A stretch of DNA of 64,000 nucleotides, taken from the NCBI GenBank assembly GCA_035221665.1, contig CM069148.1, positions 51,832,001 through 51,896,000 on the forward strand. The letters run 5' to 3'. The stretch comes from Okamejei kenojei (Eukaryota). Within the stretch, counting starts at the first letter, position 1; every line of letters begins with the position of its first letter. The notes beneath the pieces are model-generated. The model saw only the letters and a program-made list of their open reading frames with translations, ran no database searches and was not told the DNA's origin. Both the position numbers and the translations under genes were made by a program. Shown here in pieces: positions 1-11,769 of this stretch.

Positions 1-54
1 TAAACATGTAAAGTGAATAAATCGCCCCTGTTGGGTATTTTCTCGATGTGCCTG

Positions 55-816
55 TGTAAATAGCTCATTCTAAGCTTCCCCCCAGTCTAGTTTCAGTCAA
101 AAAGCACTGAGTCAAGCACTTGCACATCTTAACTTTATTTTGACAAAACACAATTACAGTTGCCACTACTGTACCTAACCACCGCGGGTTCGATCATCGT
201 ATCTGCCTGATCAAGCCCTCTTTAGCCTCGCTCAAACAGAGACACTCCAGAAGGTCATGCAGTCCCAAGCGTTCTCCCAGAAGACCGACACAAGACCTAG
301 TGGGAGCGGCCTTTTATAGGTCCCCGAACGTTGAGGGGCCGAACCACATAGGGGTGGTCTCTATACAGTCCAATAACATCTTTCGATTAACATGGTATAC
401 AATAGATATTTCGCTTACCCGATAATACAGTAATTAATACAATGTAGTCAAACGGTGCTTCTGAAAGGAAGCAAACATAGCAACATTTGCCCAGATATTC
501 AAGAAACCCAGACAAGGCTCAATACTTAATCCAATCAACATCTAGCAAAGTAAAGCTTTGCAACATTGTATACAATGTGTATGTCTGGTTTGCATTCATC
601 CAATCCATTCCATGCAATTTGCACCTAATTGTCAGGATCTGCAGATGATCCATTGTCTTCCTGCAGCTCTTATCTAGGCTCTAGACAAACTGGCACCATT
701 CTGCAGATTGTCCTATTTCTGCAGATGGCACATTTAAATTGACCAAATGGTCTAGCACCCCAGAAGCCTTTACTCAATTTTAGTATCCTGGCCTCCCAAT
801 TTGGCCAGAACTAACA
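55..816 (-). mobile_element. Solo LTR (762 bp), Gypsy/ERV-type, with 4-bp TSD
   Basis: TG...CA termini flanked by CCTG at 51-54 and 817-820. Minus strand has TATAAAA (312-318) then AATAAA (134-139). A homologous copy lies at 51164-52115. Confidence 0.85.
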
Positions 817-1535
817 CCTGTGTGTGCTCACACATGCATCATCTGAGCTTAGGTAAGAGATTATTCACTCCGCATGCCACTTCCAAAGCACTTGTGAGTT
901 CTTGGAGTCAAGTACAGGGCAGACAGAAGATGTCACTGTCACTTGGTACTTTAACTCCAAGAATAAACCCAGCGAATCTGGATTTCCACTCAAATTATGA
1001 TTCTCCATTCCCAACGGAGCCATCTGTCTATATCCTGTTGTAATTTGTGGGCATAATGCCGTGTGCATTTACAGTAGTTCAGACAGCGAATTCTGGATGT
1101 TAACGTGGTGGTGAAGGGTAAAGTGTGGAAATGAAGGAACCGTACTGCACAGGAACAGGCCCTTCGGCCCACAATGATGTGCTGCAGCGTACGAATGTTA
1201 CAGGAATGACAATGTTAACACTCTTTGTCCAGTTTGGAAAAGTTTAATATAGAACGGTGCAGCAGACCCCTCGGCCCACAGTGTCTGCACCGAACACGAA
1301 GCCTGTTTAAACTAATCTCCTCTGCCTGCGTGCGGTCACGGGGAGATCGTACAAACAGACAGCACCCGAGGTCAGGATTGAACCCGGGTCTCTGGCACTG
1401 TGAGGCAGCAATTCTACCGCTGAGCCATTGTTCCGGCCACCTCACATCAGTGATCGCTGGTTGGTGGGCCGAGTGTGTATCTCACTGTATCTTTTCTTCA
1501 ATCAATCAAGCCTGAATTTTGTAGACAAAATGAGT

Positions 1536-1745
1536 TGGAAGGAACTGCAGATGCTGGTTTATACCGAAGATAGACACAAAAAGCTGGTGTAACAGCGGGT
1601 GAGACAGCATCTCTGGAAAAAAGGAGTAGGTGATGATTTTGGGTTGGGACCCTTCTTCAGACTGGGGGTCCTTTTCTCCAGAGGTGCTGTCTGACCCGCT
1701 GAGTTACGCCAGCATTTTCTGCCTATCTGAATTGTGCAGATGTTT
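1536..1745. mobile_element. Penelope-derived fold-back repeat (degenerate hammerhead on - strand)
   Basis: ggaactgcagatgctgg...cagcatctctgga...gggttgggacccttcttcagac followed by an inverted copy (gctgtctgacccgctgagttac). Confidence 0.7.
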
Positions 1746-2819
1746 CTTTGACTTATTTTATACAACGAGTAGAGAATTCTTATTTTTCAACTGCATGAAA
1801 TCATTGGATTTAATTTCAAAACTCCTGTTACTGCATAATCGAATTATTCTATCTATTGGTCGGACAACTGACTAAATGAAACTGTGGGGACACCAAAGCT
1901 GTCAAATAATTTATTTTTTTACTTACATCATTTAAGGTATGATCTAAGGGGAGCGCTTGCATGACAAAAGCAAATTCTACTTTTGTGTCTCTCATCTGTA
2001 GCTGAAAAGAGGAACAATTCCTCTTGTGCCAATATTTGTCGAGCATAAATATTTGTAACCGTTACCATGGTAATTTAGGAAAAAAAACACAAGAAACAGT
2101 AAATGTTGAAAGTTACACCGGGAACAAGGATAAATATTTCTGGGGAAGAATTTAAACTTTAGATAGCATGTAGGTGAAATTTTGGAAATGTTATCACACA
2201 GCCGCCGGTGGCCAGGAGAAGGGGCAGGGTTTTTCCTCCGTTTCCAGTCAAGCATATGCTCCACGCATCAGTTCTTCGCACAGTCATTTGGTCTGTGTTT
2301 TAACTGCTCAGATGTAAAACATTAGCAGATACCACAAAGGCTTCAGTGAGGTCTTTTGTTCCCTTCCATGTGGTGATTTTGCAGGTTGCGCAGGGTTTTG
2401 GAAGCATGTTTGCTTTAGCTTGCCTCGTCAGGAGTGGCGGGGGAAGGAGTGCAAGACATCCAAGCAGGAAATAGACTAATTCATATGTGGTTTTCAACAA
2501 TATTAGACAAATTTTAAAAGGGACTGATTATCCATTACGACGCAATTGAGTCCATATGGACTTGGCAATAATAAGTCTATTTTATCCCCAAGTTTCAATG
2601 GATGGTTCAAATTTCCTCCTGTCTCAGAATACACACAGAGGGAAATCTTTAACATCCCAATGATCACGGCTGTTGATTCCACTTTAGAAGACAAACTCGT
2701 GAAACCCTTTCCTCTTAATGTTACAACGAGGGAATATTAATTTACGTAATTCAATGAGTGTCTTGTTATTTGGAAATAGAGTGCAATTTCTTTTTTGGCA
2801 ACTCAAACGACATTAGATC

Positions 2820-3215
2820 TAGGTTTAGGTTTAGGTTTATTATTGTCACATGTACCGAGGTACAGTGAAAAGCTTTGTCTTGCATGCTATCCAAACAGAT
2901 CACATAACCCTTTACATAAATACAATCGTCAAACTCAAGAACAATAGATAGAGCAAAGGGGAAGATACAGAGTGCAGAATATAGTTCTCAGCATTGTAGC
3001 GCATCAGTTCCAGAGACAAAGTCCAATGTCCGCAATGGGGTAGAGATGAATCGCACAGTACCCTAGCTTATGGAAGGACCGTTCAGAAGCCTGATAACAG
3101 AGGGGAAGAAGCTGTTCCTGAGTCTGGTGATGTGCACTTTCAAGCTTCTGTACCTTCTGCCGGACAGGAGCGGGGAGAAGAAGTAATGACTGAGGTGGGA
3201 CAAGTCTTTTATTAT
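2820..3215 (-). mobile_element. Rex1/Babar-type LINE 3' end
   Basis: (TTTAGG)n tail and ttattgtcacatgtaccgaggtacagtgaaaagc motif, shared with copies that carry Rex1-like ORF ends (17655-18250). Confidence 0.7.
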
Positions 3216-3775
3216 GGGATGGTTAGCATATTATCTAAAGTGCTTCATTACAACCGCATGATAGTTCTTTTAATCTTTGAGCGTGACTCCTGTCTGCACC
3301 TATCCTTAAGGTACCGACTCCCATGGTGTTTGGAGCTAGCCGCCACCCTAATATGCTGTCTCTGCAGTGAGACTGACTAATGAATGCTCGCGAGCTGCTC
3401 AATTATCACAACTATTGCATCTCCTTCAACGCTGAGGCTATAATTTTTCGACAAGTGTGCAGACTTTTATTTTGGTGTCACTGGGCAACAGTTAAGACAG
3501 GGATCTCTGGCTGATTTGTTTCCTCTCCCACTTATCATGTTCGATGATACAATGATTCAATTCAAGGATTTGATGATACTTTATTGTCGCATGTACCTCG
3601 GTCCAGTGAAGCTGATTGTTGGTGCATACGGTCCGGTGAAATCACACAGCACACCTCACCCTGGCAGTACACAGAGTCGCCACATTTCTGGTGCCGACAG
3701 AGTTTCAAACGTTTTTTGTAACAGTCTTATCCTCTCACAGCGGCAAAGCAGGCCTGCCTCTGCACATGGCCACAG

Positions 3776-4060
3776 GTGCCCCCCTCCCCCCCACTGGGTC
3801 CCTCTTCCTTCTTGTTTTTCCCCACCAGGTTCCCCCCTACATTCTTGACGGCCCCCCCGCCAGGTCCCTCTTCATTCTCGGTGATCCCCCACTGGGTCCC
3901 TCTTCATTCTTCATGCCCCCTCCCTCCCGGGTCTCTTTTTGTTCTGGGTGTTTGCCCACCGCATCCCTCGATGTTCTCAGTGACCCTCTGCTGGGTCCCT
4001 CGTCTCCACCCCTCCATGCCAGATCCCCCTACCTCCCCTACATCCAGGTCCCAGTAACCC
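3776..4060. repeat. Degenerate C-rich minisatellite, core ccactgggtccctcttcattct
   Basis: Core recurs near 3790, 3860, 3888, 3925 and 3990. Confidence 0.6.
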
Positions 4061-4287
4061 CCTGCCGGGTCCACCATTTGACGGTGCCGCCATGGTTGAG
4101 GGCCGACCAGGTTATCATGAATCAGGCATCGGAAATGGACCCAGAGTGTTCATGGGTCATCTTGACCATGGATGGTTAATTTAGCTTTCAATTCCACAAT
4201 TGTTATATGCTTTTGACCCAAGGACGTAAACTTGGCAATTGCAAAATAGAGCAAAATTATCAGTTGCTATTGATGGACCCAAAATTG

Positions 4288-4561
4288 GACATGAGAATTA
4301 AGGGACAGAGGTTTCGGGGTAACGTGAGGGGGAACTTCTTTACTCAGAGGGTGGTGGCTGTGTGGAATGAGCTTCCAGCAGAAGTGGTGGTGGCAGGATC
4401 GATTTTAACATTTAAGAGTAAAGTGGATAGGTATATGGACGTGAAGGGAATGGAGGGGTATGGTCTGAGTGCAGGTAGATGGGACTAGGGGAAAACAAAT
4501 GGTCGGCACGGACTGGAAGGGCCGAGAGGGCCTGTTTCCGTGCTGTAATTGTTATATGGTT
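4288..4561 (+). mobile_element. Young CR1 LINE 3' fragment inserted in a Penelope-derived repeat
   Basis: Nearly identical to 31181-31457. ORF end ...EGYGLSAGRWD*, TTATATGG tail, approximate AAAAT target duplication. Confidence 0.9.
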
Positions 4562-4724
4562 AAAATGCTGGAATAACTCAGCTGGACAGGCGGCATCTCA
4601 GGTCTGAGAAAGGGTCTCAACCCAAAATGTCACCCATTCCTTCTATCCAGAGATGCTACCTGTCCCGCTGAATTACTCCAGCATTTGTATCTATCTTCAG
4701 TGTAAACCAGTATCTGCAATTCCC

Positions 4725-5095
4725 ATCTATACATCTACTACTATTAGAGTCATAGACTCATACTGAATGGAAATAGGCCCTTCGGCCCAAATTTCCCATG
4801 CTGACCATCTACGCTGGTCACATCTGCCCGCATTTGGCCCATATCCCCCTAAACCTGTCCTGTCCATGTATCTGTCCAAATGTCTTTTAAATGTTATAAT
4901 ACCTGCCTCAACGACCTCCTCTGACAACTTGATCCATAAACCAACCAAACTCCATGTGGAAACGTTGCCCCTCAGGTTGCTAGTAAAATGTTCCTCTTTT
5001 ACATTAAACCTATGTCCTCTGGTTCTTGATTGCCCTACCTTGAGTAAAAGATACTGTGTATTCACCCTATCTATTCCCCTGATGATTTTACACAT
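4725..5095 (-). mobile_element. CR1 LINE 3' fragment (older subfamily)
   Basis: Minus-strand translation SRTRGHRF...FKRHLDRYMD...GRCD. Confidence 0.85.
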
Positions 5096-5569
5096 GATAT
5101 TATATGCTTTTATTACATAAAGACTCCCAAGTTAATTGATTAAAGAACAGTTAGCTACCTCTCAATTGCATGCAAATGTTTGAAAAATCCACAGTGCATG
5201 ATTCAATAATTGAATCCCCAATTACTGCATTTTGTCACCTCCAATTGAAAGATCTTTCAGCATGTTTGTGTAGATTTTGTTAAAGACTACAATCTGAAAG
5301 CTTTTGAGAATTAAATCCTTAAATCAAAATATAAATAAATAACATAAATTGGACTTTGGCTCCGAGGCAGAATAGTACTGAAGCGTTGTACATGATATAT
5401 TGTCACTTAGGAGAAAGGCTATTGCTTTTGCTGGATCACAACAGCTATAATTCGAGGCGGTTACAAATCAAACGTGCACAACACATCATTCAAAGTCAAT
5501 CATCCTTAGGAGGGGGAAATAAAAAGCTGTATTGTGCATTTCTTGAGGGTGAAGCTTCAACACTAAAGT

Positions 5570-5875
5570 AGGCCGCACGGTAGCGCGGAGGTAGAGTTGC
5601 TGCCTCACAGCGCCAGAAACGTTCCATCCTGACTACGGGTGCCGTCCGTACTGAGTTTGTACGTTCTCCCTGTGACCACGTGGGTTTTCTCCGGGTGCAC
5701 CGGTTTCCTCCCACAAGCAAAAGATGTACAGGTTAATTAGCGCTCTGTAAATTGTCCCTCATGTGTAGTATACTAGCGTATTGGTGACTGTTGGTCGGCA
5801 CAGACTCGGTGGGCCGTAGGGCCTATTTCTAAGTTGTATTTATAAACTAAACTAAACCAAACTATGCTAAACTAG
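5570..5875 (+). mobile_element. HE1-like tRNA-derived V-SINE
   Basis: tRNA-like head, V-domain gtgggttttctccgggtgcaccggtttcctcccac, CR1-like tail and (ctaaa)n. Confidence 0.85.
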
Positions 5876-6670
5876 ATGGAGGAGAATTAGAATGAAAGGC
5901 ATGAGAAGATTCTACCACCATTGACTGATATTCAATCCTGAATGAATAGATTAGTATAATGTACACTGCTAAAATAAATTAAAGAGAATGATCTTTGTCC
6001 TTTTATATTCCTGTAATGTGGATGCATTGTCACTAGCAAGAGTGGCATCTATAACTAATTCTTAATTACTATTGCGTAGATTATAGGTTCACATGTAGGC
6101 ACAGTAGGTAACTAAATAAAGAGGGTTAGATTTCTTTGCAAGAGGCGTGAATTCTAACGTTGGGAGTGCTTGGTACAATTTAACGAGCATGAATGAGATC
6201 ACACTTTTCTTTACAAAAGCAAGTTTATTTGTAGGTACAAAATCACGGTGTAAACATTGGTCTAAGATAAAAGCTGCAAGGAAAGGCCTGGGAACTACAG
6301 ACCTGTGAGCCTTACTTCAGTGTGTGGGAAGGAACTGCAGGTGCTGGTTTTCACCGAAGATAGACACAAAGTGCTGGAGTAGCTCAGCGGGACAGGCAGC
6401 ATCTCTGGAGATGAGGAAAAGAGCTGATTCAGACTGATCGAGAAAGGAGAGGGAGGTGATCTCACATCCTTTTGTCTCCTTTTTTTAATAATCTCTCACC
6501 TTTGCCCACTCATCTGAAATCACAACTCCCTCTCCTGTTTCCACCTATCACTCGCCAGTCTTTGTCCCACCCCTCCCTCACTTTTCCAGCTTTCTCCCTC
6601 CGACCACAAGAAGAAGGGTTCCTGACCCGAATCATCACCTATCCATGTCCTCCAGAGATGCTGCCTGACC

Positions 6671-6984
6671 CATATAACCATATAACCATATAACAATTAC
6701 AGCACGGAAACAGGCCCTCTCGGCCCTTCCAGTCCGTGCCGACCATTTGTTTTTCCCTAGTCCCATCTACCTGCACTCAGACCATACCCCTCCATTCCCT
6801 TCACGTCCATATACCTATCCACTTTACTTTTAAATGTTAAAATCGATCCTGCCTCCACCACCTCTGCTGGAAGCTCATTCCACACAGCCACCACCCTCTG
6901 AGTAAAGAAGATCCCCCTCACGTTACCCCAAAACCTCTGTCCCTTAATTCTCATGTCAAACCTCTGTCCCTTAATTCTCATGTC
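6671..6984 (-). mobile_element. Young CR1 3' fragment with a 27-bp duplication at its 5' end, inside a Penelope-derived repeat
   Basis: (CCATATAA)n tail at 6671. aaacctctgtcccttaattctcatgtc occurs twice in tandem. Host resumes at cgctaagttactccagc. Confidence 0.9.
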
Positions 6985-7310
6985 CCGCTAAGTTACTCCA
7001 GCTCTTGGTTTTGTACTCAGGATTCCAACATCTGCAGTTCCTTGTGTCTGTATTCATACTTTTGTTGATTCATACAAGGCTTTGTTTTCTCCTGTTAGAG
7101 GTTGATGCAATATCATTCACTATTATTGACTTCTGCGACTTTAGTATGATTTTCAGGAAAGGAAACGAAAACACAAAAAGCTGGAATAAATCAACGGGTC
7201 AAACAGCGTCTCTGGAGTGAAAGAATAGGTGACCTTTCGGGTCGAGACCCTTTTTCAGTCTTTGAGTTACTCCAGCTTTTTGTGTCGACGCTATCTGACC
7301 GGCTGAGTCA

Positions 7311-7626
7311 AGGGCCTGTCCCGCTGTACGAGGTAATTCAAGAGCTCTCCCGAGTTTAAAAAAAATCAAACTCTTGGTAAGCACGTAGAATGTACGCAGC
7401 GGGTACGTCGGAGCTCGGGACGTCTTTTAGCGGCTCGTAACGCTAACGGCAGGTACTTGGGAAACGCGGTAAGCTCGTGAAGACTCGTGAAGATTTTTCA
7501 ACATGTTGAAAAATGTCCACGAGAGCCCCGAGTACTTACGAGCGGCCATTACCATAATTCTCCTAGTTCGAATCAGGGGAAACTCGGGAGAACTCTTGAA
7601 TTACCTCGTACAGTGGGACAGGCCCT
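7311..7626. mobile_element. PIF/Harbinger-type MITE (316 bp)
   Basis: ~34-bp TIRs agggcctgtccc(g/a)ctgtacgaggtaattcaagag; 3-bp TSD TCA at 7308-7310 and 7627-7629; CpG-rich interior. Confidence 0.85.
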
Positions 7627-8309
7627 TCACTTCAGCTTTTTGTGACTATCTTCAGTTTAACCTCAGCGTGAAAAGATATCGACAACATAACTGCATCAGT
7701 GAGAAAAGGTCACGTATTCCAAAGCTCTGATTAAATCATTCTCGTCCAAGTGCGTTTGTTTATGTTCTTTAAATTTCCCTCTCTTCTCATGACATTGTTT
7801 CCTGAAGCTGAACAGACAATGCTTGCGTGAGCATTAATTCTTTTCAGGAGCCGCATTTCACACAGTGGATTCCTTTGTGGCAGCTGCCTAGCGGGACACA
7901 AAGACATAGTCAAAGATCAAGTGAAGAGTTTTGGCATTCGGTTGCATATCTCAACGACTTCAAGTGTGGGCCTGTTTCAGGCAGGTGTGATTAGATACTA
8001 TAGTTTTAAGGACATTTATATTCACAATCCAAGTGAGCACCTATTTAAACAGGAATCCAGCAGGGTAAACGCATGCCGTAAATCCAGTTGTATAATAGGT
8101 TCTGTTCACACAGCTTACCCAAGGAATAACATGCTGTCAAGTCTGCTTCTTTACATATGAGCATCAATTGAAAATCCCCATTACCTGAATGTATGGAATG
8201 AGCAATTTGTATCTGTCAATAAACCATTCTCTCACCTATAATTTTGGGAAGAAAAATCATGTTTCTTATAATCTTGTTTAGATCATAACAATTGTTTAGA
8301 TTGTTTGGA

Positions 8310-8625
8310 TGAGGGCGTCACGGTTGCGCAGCGGATAGAGCTGCTGCCTCACAGCGGCAGGGACTGGGGTTTCATCCTGACCTCGGACGCTGTCTGTGTG
8401 GAGTTTGTACGTTCTCCCTGTGACCGTATAGATTTCCACTGGGAGCTCCAGTTTCGTTCCACACTCCAATACTACAGACAGGTTTGTAGGTTAATTGGCT
8501 TCTGTAAATTGCCCCTTGTGTGTAGGACGCAGAACAAGTGTGCGGGCGATCAATGGTCGGCATGGGCTCGGTGGGCCGAAGGGCCTGTTTCAACATTGTA
8601 GCTCTAAACGATCTCAAAAATAAAC
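8310..8625 (+). mobile_element. HE1-like V-SINE
   Basis: Same head, V-domain and tail as the other copies. Confidence 0.85.
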
Positions 8626-8899
8626 TATAAATAAGATCCGAAGACATTGGAGCAGAATTAGGCCATTTGGTCCATCGCGTCTACTTCACCATTCAATCAT
8701 GCTGATCTGTCTCTCCCACTCAGCGCATGCCTTCTCCCCATAACCTTTGAAACCTTTACTAATCAAGAACCTGCTTTAGAAATACCCATTGACTAACCTT
8801 CACCACTGTCAGTGGCCATACAGATTCACCACACTCTGGCTCAAGACATTGCTCTCCATCTCCTACTCATTCAAATAAACATAACACAAGTAGTTATCG

Positions 8900-9410
8900 T
8901 AAAGGATGGAAATGTGATGTAATTAAGCTGGAAAGAGTGCCGAAAAGATTTACAAGGGTGTTGCCGGGGCTTGAGGTTCTGAACTATAGGGAGAGGTTGA
9001 GCTGGCTAGGACTTTATTCCATGGAGCGTAGGAGGATGTGATATCTTATTGATGTGTATCAAATCATGAGGGGAATAGATAGGGTGAATGCAGAGGCCTT
9101 TCTCCAGGGTGGGGGAAATCAAAAACAAGAGGACATGTGTTTAAGGTGAGAGGGACAAGATTTAATAGGATCCTGAGGGGCAACATTTTCACAGAGGGTG
9201 GTGGGTATATGGAACGAACTGCCGGAGGAGGTAATGAGGCAGGTACTATAACAGCATTTAAAAGGAGTTTGAACAGGAACATGAATAGAGTAGGTTTAGA
9301 GGGATATGGGATAAGGAGGACAAATGGGACGAGCTGAGATGGGGCATCTTGATCGGCATGGATGGGGCTGAGGGCCTGTTTCCATTCTGTGTGACTCTAC
9401 GATTCTAAAA
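8900..9410 (+). mobile_element. CR1 LINE 3' fragment
   Basis: Degenerate ORF2 C-terminus (TRGH.FKVRG...) and CR1 3'UTR. Confidence 0.8.
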
Positions 9411-9609
9411 GGAACCCCTTGCAAAATGTCACAAGAGTACTTCCCGATTAATTTATTGTGGATAATTTCTGAACATCACGATTGTTAACCTTTTGTTGTA
9501 AATATTGCTGTTTATCACCGACATAGCAATGACCAAATCAAAGCAATCTACACACACTCAGGAAACACGTTTAAACATAGTGGCAGTAATGCATGCTTTT
9601 TTGTGATTT

Positions 9610-9920
9610 ATTTTAGTTTAGTTTAGAGATAGAGAGTGGAAACAGGCCCTTCGACCCATTGAGCCCACAACGACCAGCGATCCCGCACCTTAACACTATC
9701 CTACACACACTAGGACCAATTTTACATTTGTACCAAGCCAATTTACCTACAAACCTGTACTCCTTTAGAGTTTTGGAGGAAACTGAAGATCTCAGAGAAA
9801 ACCCACACAGGTTAGGGGGAGAACGTACAAACTCCGTACAGACAGCACCCGTAGTCAGGATCGAACCCGGGTCTCTGGTGCTGCAAAGCAGTAGCTCTAT
9901 GGCTGCTTCACTGCGTCGCC
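9610..9920 (-). mobile_element. HE1-like V-SINE
   Basis: Reverse complement of the SINE consensus with (tttag)n tail. Confidence 0.85.
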
Positions 9921-10064
9921 CAACAGATTGTAAGATTTCAGGATTCAACTTTAAGGTCTAAATTTGACATTTAGAGTAGGCGTTGATATTTTGTAATTGT
10001 GTGTAATCCTTAAATCTTCTTTAGTTTTATCCACCCAACTTTAAACACTGTTGGTAAAAACGGA

Positions 10065-10425
10065 TAGTACAGTGAAAAGCTTTTTTGTTGCATGCTATCC
10101 AGTCAGCGAGAAGTGTATACATGATTACGATAAATCCGTCCACTGTGTACAGATACAAGATACTGTATAGGGTATAACGTTTAGTGCAAGTTGACTTCCA
10201 GTAAAGTCCGACTGAATATTAGCGGAGGGACTCCAATCAGGTAGACGCACTCTAGTTGGTCAAAGGATGGTTCAGTTGCCTGATAACAGCTGGGAAGAAA
10301 CTGTCCATGAATCTGGAGGTGTGTGTTTTCACACCTCCGTACCTCTTGTCCGATGGACGAGGGGAGAAGAGGGAGTGACCAGGGGTGGATGGTGAGAGAG
10401 TGGTTCAATTACCCGATAACAGCTG
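10065..10425 (-). mobile_element. Rex1/Babar LINE 3' fragment
   Basis: gtacagtgaaaagc...gataacagctgggaagaaactgtcc matches the other Rex copies. Confidence 0.7.
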
Positions 10426-10610
10426 AATTTTAATATTTTATGTAAACAGAGCTGAGAATAATTTCAAGCAGATGGATATTGTTCTAATTTCCACTGCAGC
10501 TTAAGTACAAAGAACTGCAGATGCTGGTCTACACAAAAGACACAAAGTGCTGGAGTAACTCAGTGTGTCTGGCAGCATCTCTGGAAATCATGGATAGGTG
10601 ACATTTCATC

Positions 10611-10644
10611 GGTCTGATGAAGGCCCCTGACCCGAAACGTCGCC
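10611..10644 (+). ncRNA. Minimal type-I hammerhead ribozyme motif (best core-retaining copy) in a Penelope-derived repeat
   Basis: ggt-CTGATGA(10614-10620)-A-gg...cc-GAAAC(10634-10638)-GTC(10639-10641)-gcc. Stem I is ggt/gcc; stem III is reduced to an ACGT palindrome. Activity untested. Confidence 0.65.
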
Positions 10645-10829
10645 TGTCCTGCTTTGTTCCGACTAAAGTATGATGAGTTTTACATTTACCATGCAATCTG
10701 AGTCTCTTAATTGTTTGTTCTGCTACTCCTGACCCTTTTGGCAGTATTAGGAACGCATTTTATACACTAATTTCTACACTTGGTTAGAAAACGTTTCGAG
10801 GGATACGAGTCAAATGTGGGAAAATGTGA

Positions 10830-11370
10830 CTAGGTTAGCGTTGTGAGTAGTTTTGGGCCCCATATCTGAGGAAGGATGCGTTAGCATCGGAGATGGTCCC
10901 GAGGAGGTTTACAAGAATGATCACAGGAATGATTGGATTAATGTCTAACGAGCGTTTGATGGAACTGAGCCTGTACTCGCTGGCGTTTGGAAGGATGAGG
11001 GGGAACTTAATTGAAACTTACTGAATAATTCAAGACCTGGATAGAGTGGACGTGGAGAGGATGTTTCCACCAGAAGGAGAGTCCAGGATCAAAAGTCCTA
11101 GCCTCAGAATTAAAGGACGTTCCTTTAGGAAGAAGATGTGGAGGATTTGTTTTTTTAGCCAGAGGGTGGTGAATCTATGGAATTCATCGTCGTGGAGATT
11201 GGGTATTTTTAAAGTGGAGATTGCAGATTCTTGACTAGTAAAGGTGTCAATGATTATGGGAAGAGAGCAGGAAAGTGGGGTTAAGAGGGAAAGATAGATC
11301 AGCCCTGATTGAATGGCGGAGTAGACACAATGAGCCAAATGGCCTAATGGTGCTCGTATGACTTATGAAG
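10830..11370 (+). mobile_element. CR1 LINE 3' fragment
   Basis: Degenerate ORF2 end (DVERMFP...FFSQRVVNLWNS). Confidence 0.8.
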
Positions 11371-11769
11371 GTTAGAACGGGCATCTTGGTCGGCATGGGC
11401 AAGTTGGGCCAAAGGGAGTGTGTCTGTGCTGCATGACTATAACTTCTGCATATTATTCATTTTCAGTAGTATACCGATAACGACTTGCAGAAGTCAGATC
11501 TTATACAGCGTGCAAGAGGTTAAACATTGTTAGAGCAACTGGAATCTGGCAATGATCAAGTGATTGAATAGTCTTAGCAATCACAGGCATGTATGTGACT
11601 GCAGATAATGCCGACATGTCAGTGCACACCGTGGGAGGGAGTTGCACCAACTTCGAATGCTTTTTGTTGCTTACTTACGCAAGGACAATGGATCCAAATT
11701 CCTACATCTGAATTTTCGATTTCAATTCAAATTCACTTGTGGGGAAATCTAAACAAGCCACTACCAATC

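Noticed and set aside
2818-2838. Interstitial telomeric repeat
   Set aside because: The repeat is TTTAGG rather than TTAGGG, and it recurs as the tail of Rex-type LINE copies (24465, 50050).
5570-5640. tRNA genes
   Set aside because: The tRNA-like sequences are SINE heads followed by V-domain and LINE tail, with no complete cloverleaf.
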